DNA of 64,000 nucleotides from Octopus vulgaris (taxonomy: Eukaryota), in assembly GCA_951406725.2 (NCBI GenBank), contig OX597836.1, forward strand, positions 10,850,001 to 10,914,000. The letters are read 5' to 3'. The position numbers were made by a program, and so were the translations under genes. Shown here piece by piece: positions 1 through 15,315 of this stretch. The stretch's first letter is position 1; each line of letters opens with the position of its first letter. Below the pieces are notes generated by a model. That model searched no databases and was not told the DNA's origin. It was given only the letters and a program-made list of their open reading frames with translations.

Positions 1-164
1 CATATATGCATATATGCATATGTGTTTTTCTCTCCGGCGGATTACAAATATCAATTTTGTTTTTTTTTGCATGCCTATAAATCTATATCTACCTAACTAT
101 AAACCTCTATGTACCTATGTACCTATATCTACATCGATATCTATATCTAGCAATCAATCAGTAT

Positions 165-617
<453 letters not shown>

Positions 618-750
618 ACCAATCTCTCTCACTGCCTACCTTAACACACTTAACCACATGTAAATGTAATTTGAGCGCACTTTTGCTTGAAATAGGAAGA
701 CCGTATATTTATGGATGCTAGAAAACTTCAGTCTTAGGCGATTACACATG

Positions 751-1420
<670 letters not shown>

Positions 1421-1442
1421 TTATATTTTAATATTCAAAGAA

Positions 1443-1494
1443 TAGTTTAGAGGTTTATAAATCTGCTCCGAGCGAGTCGTTATCTTCAGAACTA
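1443..1494 (-). ncRNA. Decayed type-I hammerhead ribozyme motif
   Basis: Minus strand TAGTT-CTGAAGA-...-TAAA(for GAAA)-CCTCTA-AACTA. Stem I TAGTT/AACTA pairs; GAAA box is mutated; ~27 nt from (TA)n. Confidence 0.35.
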
Positions 1495-1674
1495 ATGCTC
1501 GGGAATCGGAATGTTACTTAAGAAAAAATATCTCAGAGAAAAATATGGAAAGGAAGGAAGGAAGGAAGGAATTTGGTGAAGAATGAGAAAAAAGGAAAAA
1601 GAAAAAATACGAAAAAAGAAAAAAAGTTAGGGGATTAAGAAGTCGTTGAAGAACTGAAAGAAGAATTAAACGCT

Positions 1675-1954
1675 ATGTATGTATGTGTGTATGTATGTAT
1701 GTATGTTTGTGTGTGTATGTATGTATGTATGTATGTATGTATGTATGTGTGTATTTATGTATGTGTGTGTGTATGTATGTGTGTGTATGTATGCATGCAT
1801 GTGTGTATGCCTGTATGTATATATTCATACACCACAACATACACAAAACACACGGATACACACACATATATATATTACTCACACACACACACACATATAT
1901 TATGTTTATGTACATATGCACATATATATATATCATATATATATATATACATAC

Positions 1955-1998
<44 letters not shown>

Positions 1999-2062
1999 GT
2001 ATATATATGCATATACATATATATATATATATATAGATATATATAGATAGATATATATAGAT

Positions 2063-2150
<88 letters not shown>

Positions 2151-2183
2151 AGATAAATAGTGGAGTATTGACTGACACACATC

Positions 2184-2214
<31 letters not shown>

Positions 2215-2359
2215 TAATATATATGCAAGTATATACACGTATACGTGTTATTTTTACACACATATATATGTATATGTGTGTGTTCGTCTGAATGTGAGTG
2301 TGCGTGTATGTGCGCGCGCGTGTATACGTGTGCGTGCGTGTATGTGTCTGTGTGCGTGC

Positions 2360-2392
<33 letters not shown>
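1675..2392. repeat. Compound microsatellite (TATG)n/(TA)n/(GA)n/(TG)n
   Basis: Visible tandem repeats. Confidence 0.95.
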
Positions 2393-2394
<2 letters not shown>

Positions 2395-2563
2395 TGTGTT
2401 TAAGTGGAAAAAAGTATTCAATGATTACGGCTGTTTCAGGATACAAAACACTTCTGGATATGTTTCGGGAGTTTAAGAGATGTGAGGAGATAGGAATACA
2501 ATGCTTTTTGATGATACGGATTTAGGATAGTGTAAGAAAATGCATGTTGAAGCAGGTTTTAGA

Positions 2564-2565
<2 letters not shown>

Positions 2566-2607
<42 letters not shown>

Positions 2608-2691
2608 ATAATAATAATAATAATAGTAATAATAATAATGATAATGATTATGATAATAATAATAATAATAATAATAATAATATTGATGATG

Positions 2692-2783
<92 letters not shown>
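2566..2783. repeat. (ACT)n/(AAT)n microsatellite
   Basis: Visible tandem repeats. Confidence 0.97.
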
Positions 2784-2787
<4 letters not shown>

Positions 2788-3304
2788 GCACTTATGCAGT
2801 ACCAGGCAGTGGTTCTCATGGCTTCTGATCTTAACTGATTGGAAGTGTTATCATGTACATTGTTTTGTCTTAGTATAAAAGATGGGCTACAGCAAATATT
2901 CTGCTCAATACCACAGATTTGCTTGTCAGTTGTTTGACCTTAACCAGTTGAGCATGTCCCTTAGTGGCTGATGACATGTGCACGAGCAGAAGTATTGGGG
3001 GAGCGTCATAGCCGTGTGTTGAAAGGAATTCTTGGACGTTTGGATAATTCACCTTTGGAAACATGGGTGTTTCGTTCAACATCCTAAAACAACCCTTATT
3101 CAGGGACCGTTTGAGCAGGATCGCTTATTCGACTAGAAGAAACTTTTAACTGGGCCCCACCAGCAAGATCTTGTCTTGTTTATCTTGATATGAGATCACC
3201 ATGTCGTGCACATATGGTTGTGATGCATGTGCTTAGTGTACCCTTATCAGACGGGTAGTCATGATGGGTGTACTGGGCTTCGTGTATCTGTACCCCAGTG
3301 TCAC
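2784..3304 (+). mobile_element. Non-coding interspersed element associated with (TAA)n, copy 1 (lacks the right terminus)
   Basis: Aligns by eye with 8561-9020 and 8179-8377; begins at an (AAT)n array; no convincing ORF. Confidence 0.8.
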
Positions 3305-3381
3305 ATACACACACACACACACACACAGGTACACAGTCATATACATACACATACACTCACACAAATCCAAATCCACACCAG

Positions 3382-3412
<31 letters not shown>

Positions 3413-3413
3413 G

Positions 3414-3497
<84 letters not shown>

Positions 3498-3510
3498 TGT
3501 GTTTGTCTGA

Positions 3511-3654
3511 TGTAGCTTGCTTACGATCAGCATGGTTCCGGGTTCAGTTCCACTGCATGGCACCTTGGGCAAGTGTCTTATACTATAGCCGACCAAATCT
3601 TTGTGAGTGGATTTGGTAGACAGAAACTGAAAGAAGCAGGTCGTATATGTATAA

Positions 3655-3706
<52 letters not shown>

Positions 3707-3790
3707 ATGTGTGTGCGCGTGTGTGTGTCTGAGTGTGTGTATGGGTGTGTGTCAGTGTTTATCCACCCACCATCACTTGACAGCCGATGT
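3511..3790 (+). mobile_element. SINE family A (tRNA-derived, CORE-like), partial
   Basis: B-box-like GGTTCAGTTCC, CACCTTGGGCAAGTGTCTT core, internal (TA)/(TG) tract; matches other family A copies. Confidence 0.85.
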
Positions 3791-4013
3791 TTTTAAAAGA
3801 ATATTTGCATAGTATTCAAATACAAGTAGCATTTTTCTTGTTTCTGCCTGTATCTGTTGCGGGTTCGAGGTCGTTGCGAATTCTTGGTAGGGAAGAAGAA
3901 GAAGAAGAAGAAGAAGAAGAAGAAGAAGAAGAAGAAGAAGAAGGAGAGGAGATGGAGGGGGAGAAGAAGAAGGTGGGAGTGCCATGACAGTAGTATGTTT
4001 AATGGCCAACTAC
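3791..4013 (-). mobile_element. Penelope-like element 3' region fragment
   Basis: Reverse-complement homolog of 33950-34270 (TAAACATACTACTGTCATG...CAAGAATTC...CTATGCAAATATTCTTT), which lies 3' of a GIY-YIG remnant. Confidence 0.7.
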
Positions 4014-4339
4014 AAATGCTGTTGATGAATTATAGACAAATATGTGAGTATGATTACATATTATGTTGATAAGGAAAGAATCGTTCAGCATTGATCTATC
4101 TTTTTGTCGTATTTCGCTTCCCTTATGTTGAAAGTAATGCTGTTTCTGCTGTGGAAAAAATCTTCGGTGGCTATACCAGAAAAAGGAGCCATGTCTAGCA
4201 CTAGAGTTAGCCACTTATCGTTAACTCTCTTATATTTATATATAAATTTTCACTGTCTCCCTGGTTTCTATGTGCTAGGCCACTTGGTGTTAAACTGAAG
4301 GTATTATTAAATTAATACCTAATTTTTCACCCTCATTTA

Positions 4340-4399
<60 letters not shown>

Positions 4400-4983
4400 C
4401 ATACATATCCGTATACCTTTCTGTATGCACGTGTAAGTTTTAATTTCATAAGACAGTCTAAAACAAAACGGTATAACAACTTTAATCAAGATGATTAATG
4501 ATTGGAGGAAAGTATAAAGACTAAAAGTTGAACAGTTCAAAGTAAGATTATAATATTCGAAAGCAAATTTTCTATAAGTTACTTGTAAACACTTCGAACC
4601 TAATTGAAATGGAAATCAATTTACAAACACAAGAGGAGAGTAAAATAATTAAGCCAGGTTAAATGCATACATAAATATATGGATGTTTGATTGAAACGGT
4701 GAATTATAGAGAAATAAACAAATAGGTAATTCTTCGATATAGATATATTTATTGTCACGACGCAAAGGAAAGTCAAACATGAAGAAATAAAAACAGTTTT
4801 TTTTGTTTCATTGTTTGTTGTGTGTAGACAAATATAATTTTAATGTGAAATTTAATATTTTATATGTATATTTATATATATAATCATATACATACATATA
4901 TATTTATATGTATACATATTATTGTATATACGTATATATGTATATTATTATACATATGTACATATCTATATCTATATCTATCA

Positions 4984-5031
<48 letters not shown>

Positions 5032-5032
5032 G

Positions 5033-5106
<74 letters not shown>

Positions 5107-5509
5107 CATATCTATTTACAAATGTATATATATGTATGTATACGCACACATACACACACACATATATATACGAGGAAGCAAACAGGCATACAGAAAAAGA
5201 AGCGTATACATATATACGTACACATACATATATACATATGTGTATGTGTGTGTGTATGTGAAGGCGTTTACATGTGTCTATAGTCAGTATATAATAATGC
5301 ATATGTATTCAATTATGAATATATATGTATATACATACACACGACATGTACATACAATATATATATATGTATATATATGGATATGAATATACCTATATAT
5401 ATATGTGTGTATATATATATGTATATATATATGCATATATATATACATATATATACATATATATATACGTATATAGATATGTTTATATATATGTGAGTAA
5501 ATATTTGAA

Positions 5510-5583
<74 letters not shown>

Positions 5584-5949
5584 CATACATACATACATGT
5601 ATTTACAACGCATACATACATACACGTATACATATGGAACAAAATAAAATAAATTTCGAAAAATATTAACAAAATATTATCGAAATTTTTGAAAAATTTA
5701 TAATTCAAATAAGTGTAAAACCAGTGAAGAATAAATGATAAAATGTTTAGTGCTGTAAATCGAGTGAATTAACTTATATTGAATAAGTCTGCCGGAATCG
5801 ATATGTTTAATGAAGCGCAGTGAGAAATCAGTGGAGTTAAAATAATCAATCATCGATATTAAAGAAAGATCGTACCACAGTTTTTCTTACCTACTCACCG
5901 ACCGACCTACCGGCCTACCTACCTACCTACCTGCCTGCTTCTACATTCT

Positions 5950-6035
5950 GGCACCGACGGCTCTGGCGCTTCCGAGAGCTCCGACGGCTCCGATGGCACC
6001 GACGGCTCCGACAGATCTGCCGGCTGCGCAGGCGC
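5950..6035. repeat. GC/CpG-rich 9-bp minisatellite (GGC-W-CCGAC)
   Basis: GGCACCGAC GGCTCTGGC ... AGCTCCGAC GGCTCCGAT GGCACCGAC GGCTCCGAC. Confidence 0.7.
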
Positions 6036-6153
6036 CTGTTGCAGTCGCCATTACTTCAGTTCAGAAATAGTAATTTTTTAATACTTACTTGAGTGGAAGA
6101 ACAGCTTAGCTCTTGATGGCAATCTCGTCTTCGAGTTTAGAGGCGTAATAGTG

Positions 6154-6244
<91 letters not shown>

Positions 6245-6260
6245 TAATAATAATAATAAT

Positions 6261-6640
6261 AAATTTGACAAACTTAGTAAATATAAGGACCTGGAAATCG
6301 AAATACAAAAGATGTGGAATCTTAAAACAAAAAAATGTTCCTCTTATTGTAGGTGCCCTAGGTATGATAAAAAAGGGATGTCAGAAACACCTAGACAATA
6401 TCCCTGGAGAACCATGTCTCTAGGAAATCCAAAAGATTGTGCTAACAAGTACTGCCCACATCCTTAGAAACACCCTATCAATGTAAATGTTTGTGTTGTA
6501 TTACATGGAGATATTTCTCTACTTCCCCTCCCCAAGCTTTCAGCTATATTTCAACAACTCTTAACCTTCACTTGCCCTAGGGCGCTGGGTGTGCCCCGGC
6601 AAGTGATTGCATCAAACATGCAGATTAACAGTAAATGACA
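6261..6640 (+). mobile_element. 5'-truncated R4/Dong-type non-LTR retrotransposon (endonuclease C-terminus + 3' UTR)
   Basis: Translates KFDKLSKYKDLEIEIQKMWNLKT/frameshift/VPLIVGALGMIKK...C L*EIQKIVLTSTAHILRNTLSM*; (AAT)n on both sides. Confidence 0.88.
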
Positions 6641-6648
6641 ACAACAAC

Positions 6649-6695
<47 letters not shown>

Positions 6696-6734
6696 TAATA
6701 ATAATAATAATAATAATAATATTAATAATAATAT

Positions 6735-6848
<114 letters not shown>

Positions 6849-6865
6849 TAATACTAATAGTAATG

Positions 6866-6940
<75 letters not shown>

Positions 6941-6943
6941 GTT

Positions 6944-7353
6944 CTCTTTCTCTTTTTTCTCTTTTACTTGTTTCAGTCATTTGACTGCGGCCATGCTGGA
7001 GCACCGCCTTTAATCGAGCAACTCGACCCCGGGACTTATTCTTTGTAAGCCCAGTACTTATTCTATCGGTCTCTTTTTGCCGAACCGCTAAGTGACGGGG
7101 ACGTAAACACACCAGCATCGGTTGTCAAGCAATGCTAGGGGAACAAACACAGACACACAAACAAACACATATATATATATACATATATACGACAGGCTTC
7201 TTTCAGTTTCCGTCTACCAAATCCACTCACAAGGCATTGGTCGGCCCGGGGCTATAGCAGAAGACACTTGCCCAAGATGCCACGCAGTGGAACTGAACCC
7301 GGAACCATGTGGTTGGTAAACAAGCTACTTACCACACAGCCACTCCTGCGCCT
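6944..7353 (-). mobile_element. SINE family A, full length
   Basis: Head AGGCGCAGGAGTGGCTGTGTGGTAAG (A box), B box, CORE-like segment, tail CAGCATGGCCGCAGTCAAATGACTGAAACAAGTAAAAGAG. Confidence 0.92.
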
Positions 7354-7484
7354 ATATAGTTGTTGCGGTAGGTGTAATAATTTTAGTAATAATGATAATC
7401 ACATTACTAATAGGATATACCGATATTACAATAATAATAGTAATAATAATGAAAAATAAACAACAATAGCAACGATAATAATAA

Positions 7485-7659
7485 TCATTTTTACTGTAGG
7501 CATTGACCCCCAGAGTTTCACTGGTACTTAGTTTATCGATCCCGAAAGGATGAAAAGCAAAGTCGACTGCTGCGGAATTTGAGCTCAGAATGTAGCGACG
7601 GGTGAGATGCCTATCAGCATTTCGCTCGACATGCTGACGATTCCGCCAGCTCATCGCCC

Positions 7660-7660
<1 letters not shown>
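7485..7660 (-). mobile_element. SINE family B, diverged
   Basis: Head GGCGATGAGCTGGCGGAATCG; central TTTCATCCTTTCGGGATCGATAAAC..AGTACCAG. Confidence 0.8.
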
Positions 7661-7742
<82 letters not shown>

Positions 7743-7774
7743 GTAATAATAATAATGATGATGATAATAATAAT

Positions 7775-7811
<37 letters not shown>

Positions 7812-7823
7812 GTAATAATAATA

Positions 7824-7860
<37 letters not shown>

Positions 7861-7919
7861 TGATAATAATAATATTAATAATAATAATAATAATGACAAT
7901 AATAGTAATAATAATAATA

Positions 7920-7950
<31 letters not shown>

Positions 7951-8009
7951 TGATGATGATAATAATAATATTAATAATAATAATAATAATAATAGTAATA
8001 ATAATAATA

Positions 8010-8052
<43 letters not shown>

Positions 8053-8068
8053 TGATGATAATAATAAT

Positions 8069-8117
<49 letters not shown>

Positions 8118-8178
8118 GTAATAATAATAATAATAATAATAATATTAATAATAATAATAATAGTAATAATAATAATAA
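7661..8178. repeat. (AAT)n array with AGT/GAT/ATT variants
   Basis: Visible tandem repeats with recurring higher-order variant pattern. Confidence 0.97.
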
Positions 8179-8377
8179 TGGTTACTCGAACTAAGAAAAT
8201 AATACCTGCAAGGTCATGTGCTGTTTATCTTGATATGAGATCGCCAATGTCGCGCACATATGGTTGTGATGCATGTGCCTGGTGTACCCTTATCAGACGG
8301 GTAGTCATGATGGGTATACTGGGCTTCGTATATTTTACCCCAGTGTCACTTTGATGGCATGATCTGCTCGCTCACTC
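8179..8377 (+). mobile_element. Non-coding (TAA)n-associated element, copy 2 (right part only)
   Basis: Matches 8825-9020; ends CTCACTC then (AAT)n. Confidence 0.8.
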
Positions 8378-8408
<31 letters not shown>

Positions 8409-8447
8409 GTAATAATAATAATAATAATAATGATGATGATAATAATA

Positions 8448-8484
<37 letters not shown>

Positions 8485-8487
8485 TGA

Positions 8488-8519
<32 letters not shown>

Positions 8520-8560
8520 ATAATAATAATAATACTAATAATAATCGTAATAATAATAAT

Positions 8561-9020
8561 GTCTTGGTATAAAAGATGGGTTACAGCAAATATTCTGCTC
8601 AATACCACAGATTTGCTTGTCAGTTGTTTGACCTTAACCAGTTGAGCATGTCCCTTAGTGGCTGACGATATGTGCATCTCTGATCACGAGCAGAAGTAGT
8701 GGGGGAGCATCATAGCCATGTGTTGAGAAGGATCCTTTGGGGTTTGAATAATTCACCTCTGGAAACATAGGTGTTTCGTTCAACATCCTAAAGCAACCCT
8801 TATTCAGGGACCTTTTGAGCAGGATGGGCTACTCGACCTGAAGAAAATACTGCAAGGTCATGTGCAGTTTATCTTGATATGAGATCACCATGTCGCGCAC
8901 ATATGGTTGTGATGCATGTGCCTGGTGTACCCTTATCAGACAGGTAGTCATGATGGGTATGCTGGGCTTCGTATATTTTACCCCAGTGTCACTTTGATGG
9001 CATGCACTGCTCTCTCACTC
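8561..9020 (+). mobile_element. Non-coding (TAA)n-associated element, copy 3 (left-truncated)
   Basis: Matches 2867-3304; ends CTCTCACTC then (AAT)n; (AAT)n on both flanks. Confidence 0.85.
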
Positions 9021-9069
9021 AATAATAATAATAATAATAATAATAATAGTAGTAATAATAATAATAATG

Positions 9070-9127
<58 letters not shown>

Positions 9128-9131
9128 TGAT

Positions 9132-9225
<94 letters not shown>

Positions 9226-9263
9226 TAATATATACATTATACTATTAATGATGATGATAATAA

Positions 9264-9307
<44 letters not shown>

Positions 9308-9371
9308 GTGCTGCTGCTGCTATTGCTACTACTACTACTACATTATACTATTTTGATGATGATAGTGATAA

Positions 9372-9413
<42 letters not shown>

Positions 9414-9976
9414 CACTACTAATAATGATAATAATAAAAATGAAAATAATAATAATAATAAAAAATAATAATAATATAGAAACAAGACCTGAAATTTGGG
9501 GTGGGGGTGAGGGGGCTAAGACGGAGACGAAATGCCGCTACGCGCGTTGCTATGCGTACTGCGAACAACAACAACAACAACAACAACAACCACAGCAACA
9601 ACCACAGCAACAATAACAAGAGCAAAAGCAATAACGAAAATAGCAGCAACAACAACAATGCTGAAGATGATGGTGATGATGATGATGATGATGATGATGA
9701 GACGTATCGATCGTGTATCTGGTTGATTTTCTAAGGTGAAAAGTCAGGTCTCGGTTGTAATTTGTTTATTTAACAGTGTGTGAGATTTCGCGGCCCAGAT
9801 ATAAATGGTAGGACACCACTGTGAGTATCAAGAAGAATCCTTCATCCTTCATTGACCTTTGACTGCTTGCTCTATTTCTTCTCTCTCTCTCACTCACTCT
9901 CTCGTTATATACATACATATATATACATACATACATACATACATACGTAGAAACATACATACATACATACATACAT

Positions 9977-10007
<31 letters not shown>

Positions 10008-10092
10008 TATATATATACACTCATATATATGTGTGTACATGTATTTAAATACATGTATGTATTATGCGTGTGTGCTTGTGTGTATGTATATA

Positions 10093-10143
<51 letters not shown>

Positions 10144-10187
10144 TCATGCATATACACACACACACACTCATAACCCTAACCCTAACA

Positions 10188-10249
<62 letters not shown>

Positions 10250-10295
10250 GGTGTACATATTTTTGTGCATGTGTATATATACATATATTTTGTGC

Positions 10296-10337
<42 letters not shown>

Positions 10338-10433
10338 CGGTATATGTATTTCTATGAATATATATACATATATATATATACATATATATATACACACATA
10401 GTTATATTTACACACATATATATATATGAATAC

Positions 10434-10465
<32 letters not shown>

Positions 10466-10633
10466 TACATATATTTATATATATATATATATATATATAT
10501 ACCTATATATACATATATACAATATATGTACATACATATATACATAAATTTACATACATAAGGAGAGTGACATATATGTATGAAAATGTAAACATAAATA
10601 TAATACACTATAAATATAATATGAAATTACTGC

Positions 10634-10682
<49 letters not shown>

Positions 10683-11325
10683 TACAAGCGCATGCACTCT
10701 TATATGTGTCAAACGTGCTACAAAAGGAACTAATTCAATGTTACTCATTAAGTATCTGAAATATCTGAGTGTAATTATATATATATTTATCTTATGCATG
10801 CATACATATACACTCCATAACCTATATATATATATATATGTACATACACAGGCACACATTTACATTGTTGTATATCTTATACACGAACAAAATCTTTCAT
10901 AAACTTATGGACTGAATTGTAGGAATATACAGTGTGTATAATGCTAAAGATTTAGGACGACAAAACATCACGTTTCTTTTCGCAAATATGATTAAACCAT
11001 GGTGATTTAAACGATGTATTATTTCATTTTAAATGCTTCTATGCCTCATTTAATTAATACTTTTGTTAATGAACTCCATACAAAATTGCTTTCGTATTTA
11101 TTGAACTGGAAATAATTTTTATAAACAAACATAATATAATAATGATGGAGACTTATCTACTTATAGACTCTAGGATAGTGTGTATAACCATGGAAAATCT
11201 CCATCGAAATTTTGTTTTAGCTTTGAGTAGTGACACTGTGTGTGGTCAATAATGTGCTAGAAATAGCGGCTAAATTTGCATAAAAGCCCCAAATATTTTC
11301 TTATAGAATGTGACACATTGGTTAA

Positions 11326-11611
11326 TGTATCGAACAAGAGAACACACAGCTCGTGAAATTAAACTGCAAGTGGCTGAGTACTCCACAGACAAGCGTACAT
11401 TTATCGTAGTTCCTAGGGACATTCTGCGTGGCACAGAATATGACTAGCCTGACCCATTGAAACACAGTACAAACTCATTTTATTTTTAGCTGAGGCAGCT
11501 GGAGCAACGTGATATAAAGCGTCGTGTTGAAGGGCACAACTGCTCGCTAGGATCGAACTCACGACATTGTGGTCGTGAGCATTATGCTCTAACTATTAAA
11601 CCACGCGCATT
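11326..11611 (-). mobile_element. SINE family C (tRNA-derived, CORE-like), diverged
   Basis: Homologous to 21463-21760 and 36154-36417; tRNA-like head with GAGTTCGATCC. Confidence 0.8.
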
Positions 11612-11650
11612 CACACACTTAGAGTTACAGCTTAATTCATACATACAGTT

Positions 11651-11892
11651 TCTTATTTTTTATTTCTTTATTGCCCTCAAGGGGCTAAACATAGATGGGG
11701 AAAACAAAGACAGACAAAAGGATGAAGTCGATTACATCGACCCCAGTGCGTAACTGGTACTTAATTTATCCACCCCGAAAGGATGAAAGGCAAAGTCGAC
11801 CTCGGCGGAATTTGAACTCAGAACGTAACGGCAGACGAAATACCGCTAGGCATTTCGCCCGGCGTGCTAACCATTCTGCCAGCTCGCCGCCT
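11651..11892 (-). mobile_element. SINE family B, full length
   Basis: Close reverse complement of 20678-20910. Confidence 0.92.
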
Positions 11893-12153
11893 TATTCATA
11901 CATACAAGAAGTCTTAGAAATACAAGTGAATAATGACACGCATTATACATATATATATATATATATACATATATATATACACATACATACATGCATATAT
12001 ACATACATACATATACAAATTGTTTTGTCACGGGACTAGCTCTGCAGCGAAAAGTGTTATCACGTCCAAATACACTGCAACGTGCTGAATATAACCTTGC
12101 TGCTTATCTACACACACACACTCAAAGATGTGTACACACACACATACACACAC

Positions 12154-12233
<80 letters not shown>

Positions 12234-12390
12234 ACACTCAGAATAGGAGAAACACCAGACTTTAAAATAAAGAAAAAATACTAGGGTCGATTTGTTCCAC
12301 GAAACCCTTGAAGGCGGTGATCCAGCATGGCCGCTATCCAACGGCTGAAAAGATTAAAAGATACAGACAAATACACAGACAAAGATAGTT

Positions 12391-12614
12391 TTTTTCAGTC
12401 ATTTGACTGTGACCATGCTGGGGCACCGCTTTTAGTCGAGCAAATCGACCCCAGGGCTTACTCTTTGTAAGCCTAGTACATATTCTATCGGTCTCTTTTG
12501 CCGATCCGCTAAGTGACGGGGACGTAAACACACCAGCATCAGTTGTGAAGCGATGATAGGGGGACAAACACAGACACACAAACACACAAACACACGCACA
12601 CGCACACACACACA

Positions 12615-12676
<62 letters not shown>

Positions 12677-12852
12677 CATACATATATACGACGGGCTTCT
12701 TTCAGTTACCGTCTACCAAATCCACTCACAAGGCTTTGGTCGGCCCAAGGCTATAGTAGAAGACACTTGCCCAAGGAGCTACGCAGTGGGGCTGAACCCG
12801 GAACCATGTGATTGTGAAGCAAGCTTCGTACCACACAGCCACTCCTACGCCT
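12391..12852 (-). mobile_element. SINE family A, full length
   Basis: All family A segments, expanded internal (CA)/(TA); an older A tail fragment lies tail-to-tail at ~12280-12360 (+). Confidence 0.92.
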
Positions 12853-13873
12853 ATATATATGTATAATCTGTTTCTTTCTCTTTACCATAATATATGACTG
12901 ACCATCACGAAATATATTTGTAAGAAGCTGCCTTCAAGCAATATATATGTATAGACAGTTAATGTTCCTTAATCGTCTACAACTGAAGTAGAGCTCCTGG
13001 CGATAACTTTATGAGTCACAAAAGACAGACAGAGACTTATTGAAGGAAATCTTCATATGATACCGGCGACATATTTTGAAATCTGTCTGGGTGTTGATTT
13101 AGACAGCGGCACGCTTAGTTTGCTCGGAGTTTGATGACTATTAATTATCCTGATTCTAGTTAGGAAATTAAGAATAAAAGAATGGTTACTGATACATAAA
13201 GAAATAAATATATAAATACATAATTTGTTGTTGGTCATTAAAGTGCCGGATAAAACTGTAAATACAAAACAAGGAAAAAGAGGAAATTTATATATATTTT
13301 GTTTTCATAACTCAGACATCATAAGATCAATTTCAAAGCCATTAATGTGTGTTCTATTAACTTTGCTTGATTTAATATCATTAGTAAGAAGAGATAAGAT
13401 ATTTAAACTGAGAAGAACTAAATTGAATAGATTCTGTGTCAGAGAGAGAGAGAGAGAGAAATGTATTTTGGTGTTATTTTAGTTAATTGCGACACCGTTT
13501 TATCGAAGCGTTCATCAGTTGTTAAGACACGGTTGCTTATGAGAATTTCTTGTCTCAATAGGTAGGAGAGGTTAATGTGACATGACTGGGAGCTGGCAAA
13601 ACAAAACAAAACAAAACAAAACAAAAAAGCTAGACAAAACTGTGAATTAAGAAAAAAAAAAGTAGTTATTTGGTTCGCTTACGTTCTGTGACAGCTTGAG
13701 ACCAGATAGAGAGATAGACAAACGGACGGAAGGATTATATTTATATATGTATGTATATATATATATATAAGTATACTATTATTAATAATGAATAATAATA
13801 ATATTAATGGCAATCCAGAGCATGAACTCTCCAGGCAAGTTTAAGAACATAATGGTCTTTTCTGGTACTTGCT

Positions 13874-13945
<72 letters not shown>

Positions 13946-13969
13946 ATATATACATACATACATACATAC

Positions 13970-14014
<45 letters not shown>

Positions 14015-14016
14015 CA

Positions 14017-14095
<79 letters not shown>

Positions 14096-14127
14096 AAGAA
14101 AATGTAATTAACGTGATTCTTTATTAA

Positions 14128-14218
14128 TCATTACGATCGTTTCCACCCACCTGTGCCACGCGCTCGAGACGCTATAGAGATAGTTGTACTTGATAGGTGC
14201 AGGTGTATTTCGTCATGA
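14128..14218 (-). ncRNA. Decayed type-I hammerhead motif (PLE terminus)
   Basis: Minus strand TCA-TGACGA-A-ATACACCTG...CAGGTGGGTG-GAAACGATCGTA-ATGA. First core base lost; palindromic stem III ACGATCGT; ~40 nt from (TA)n. Confidence 0.55.
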
Positions 14219-14408
14219 GACTTCTCGAAAAGGTACTCCTTTTTAAACCTCCCATTTCGCTTATTTCTATTAGAATACATTTTGATAGTTGTCGTTCGCT
14301 ACTCGTATACGCGAGAAACTTGAGTTATAACGAAGGACAAGTATAAGTATAAGTATAAGTAATAAAGTGACATACAAAGAATATAGAAATGAAACAAATA
14401 CAAAAGTA

Positions 14409-15162
14409 AACAAGAGCACTCAGAGAGTTCAAACCTCCTCCAAGGCAACACCAACGTTCTCTCGACGATTACCGGACATGATTTTTAAAACGAGAATATC
14501 TCTCTCTATATAAACGGCAGTTTGTCTGTGCGTGTTTCTGTGTGTCTGTCTGGTTGTACCCTCACCCTGACCACGGCTTTCAACCGATTCTAATGAAACT
14601 TGCTACACACACATAGCCCAATGTCATAATTCAAAACTAACGCAGCGAAAATTTTGAAAAGTTCCCCCAGTTCTGAGAAAAATCGATAAATTCGACATGG
14701 GGTCGAGAATCAGAAACACAAACCGCAAACTGTATAGGGGACGCAACTCGACCTTTTTTAACTAAAAAAAAATTTACCATCATTTTTTTCCATTTTTTTG
14801 CTGTTTTTTGGCTATAACTCTCTAAAAATGCTTTATAGTTATTTCCCTTACAAGCCTGAGCAACGCCGGGTGATACTGCTAGTCTGAAATAAACTCGGCT
14901 GCTCTCACAAACGAGAATACTAAAAATGAAACCGACCGCTCTCAAAAAATAAGTAAAAAATCCGGAAAAATAATCCAGAACCCTTGCCCCTTGGCAGATT
15001 GATCCCAAAATCTCATCGGCCCGTGCCAGTCATGAGGACAAACATATCCGAAAGTTTCATCCGAATCCATCCAGTGGTTCTTGAGATATCGTGTTCACTG
15101 TCTAACAAACGAACAGACGCGACGCAAAACAATACCGCCATTTTCGCTAAGGCGGAGGTAAT
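14409..15162 (-). mobile_element. Helentron/HINE-like non-autonomous element (host of nested Helitron)
   Basis: Subterminal inverted repeat ACCTCC(T)CC (~14433) / GGCGGAGGT (15151-15159) plus terminal hairpin GCACTC-AGA-GAGTTC. Confidence 0.6.
14499..14882 (+). mobile_element. Non-autonomous Helitron
   Basis: 5' TC(TCTCTCTATATAAA), 3' hairpin CCTGAGCAACGCCGGG then CTAG; inserted between A and T with no TSD (empty site GAGAATA|TCTGAAAT). Confidence 0.8.
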
Positions 15163-15315
15163 AGCTGAATGAAATAATATGCTTTACACTCATAATTAAA
15201 CATTCTAACTAAACGTGGCATATCAATGGATGATTCTATATACTGGAAATGCTAAGAAGTGAATATGATTTAATGTGTGCATGTTATGTCTATGCCTGGG
15301 GATAGATACAAATGT

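Noticed and set aside
2790-2840. Short U2 snRNA-like words (TGCAGTACC; TAAGATCA on the minus strand) at the left end of the TAA-associated element
   Set aside because: Matches of 8-9 nt on opposite strands; not evidence of snRNA origin.
4167-4214. GTGGCTA/TAGCCAC stem near (TA)n, a possible hammerhead relic
   Set aside because: Neither CUGANGA nor GAAA box is recognisable in register.
10171-10186. (TAACCC)n telomere-like units (also ~23775)
   Set aside because: Fewer than three units; not distinguishable from chance.
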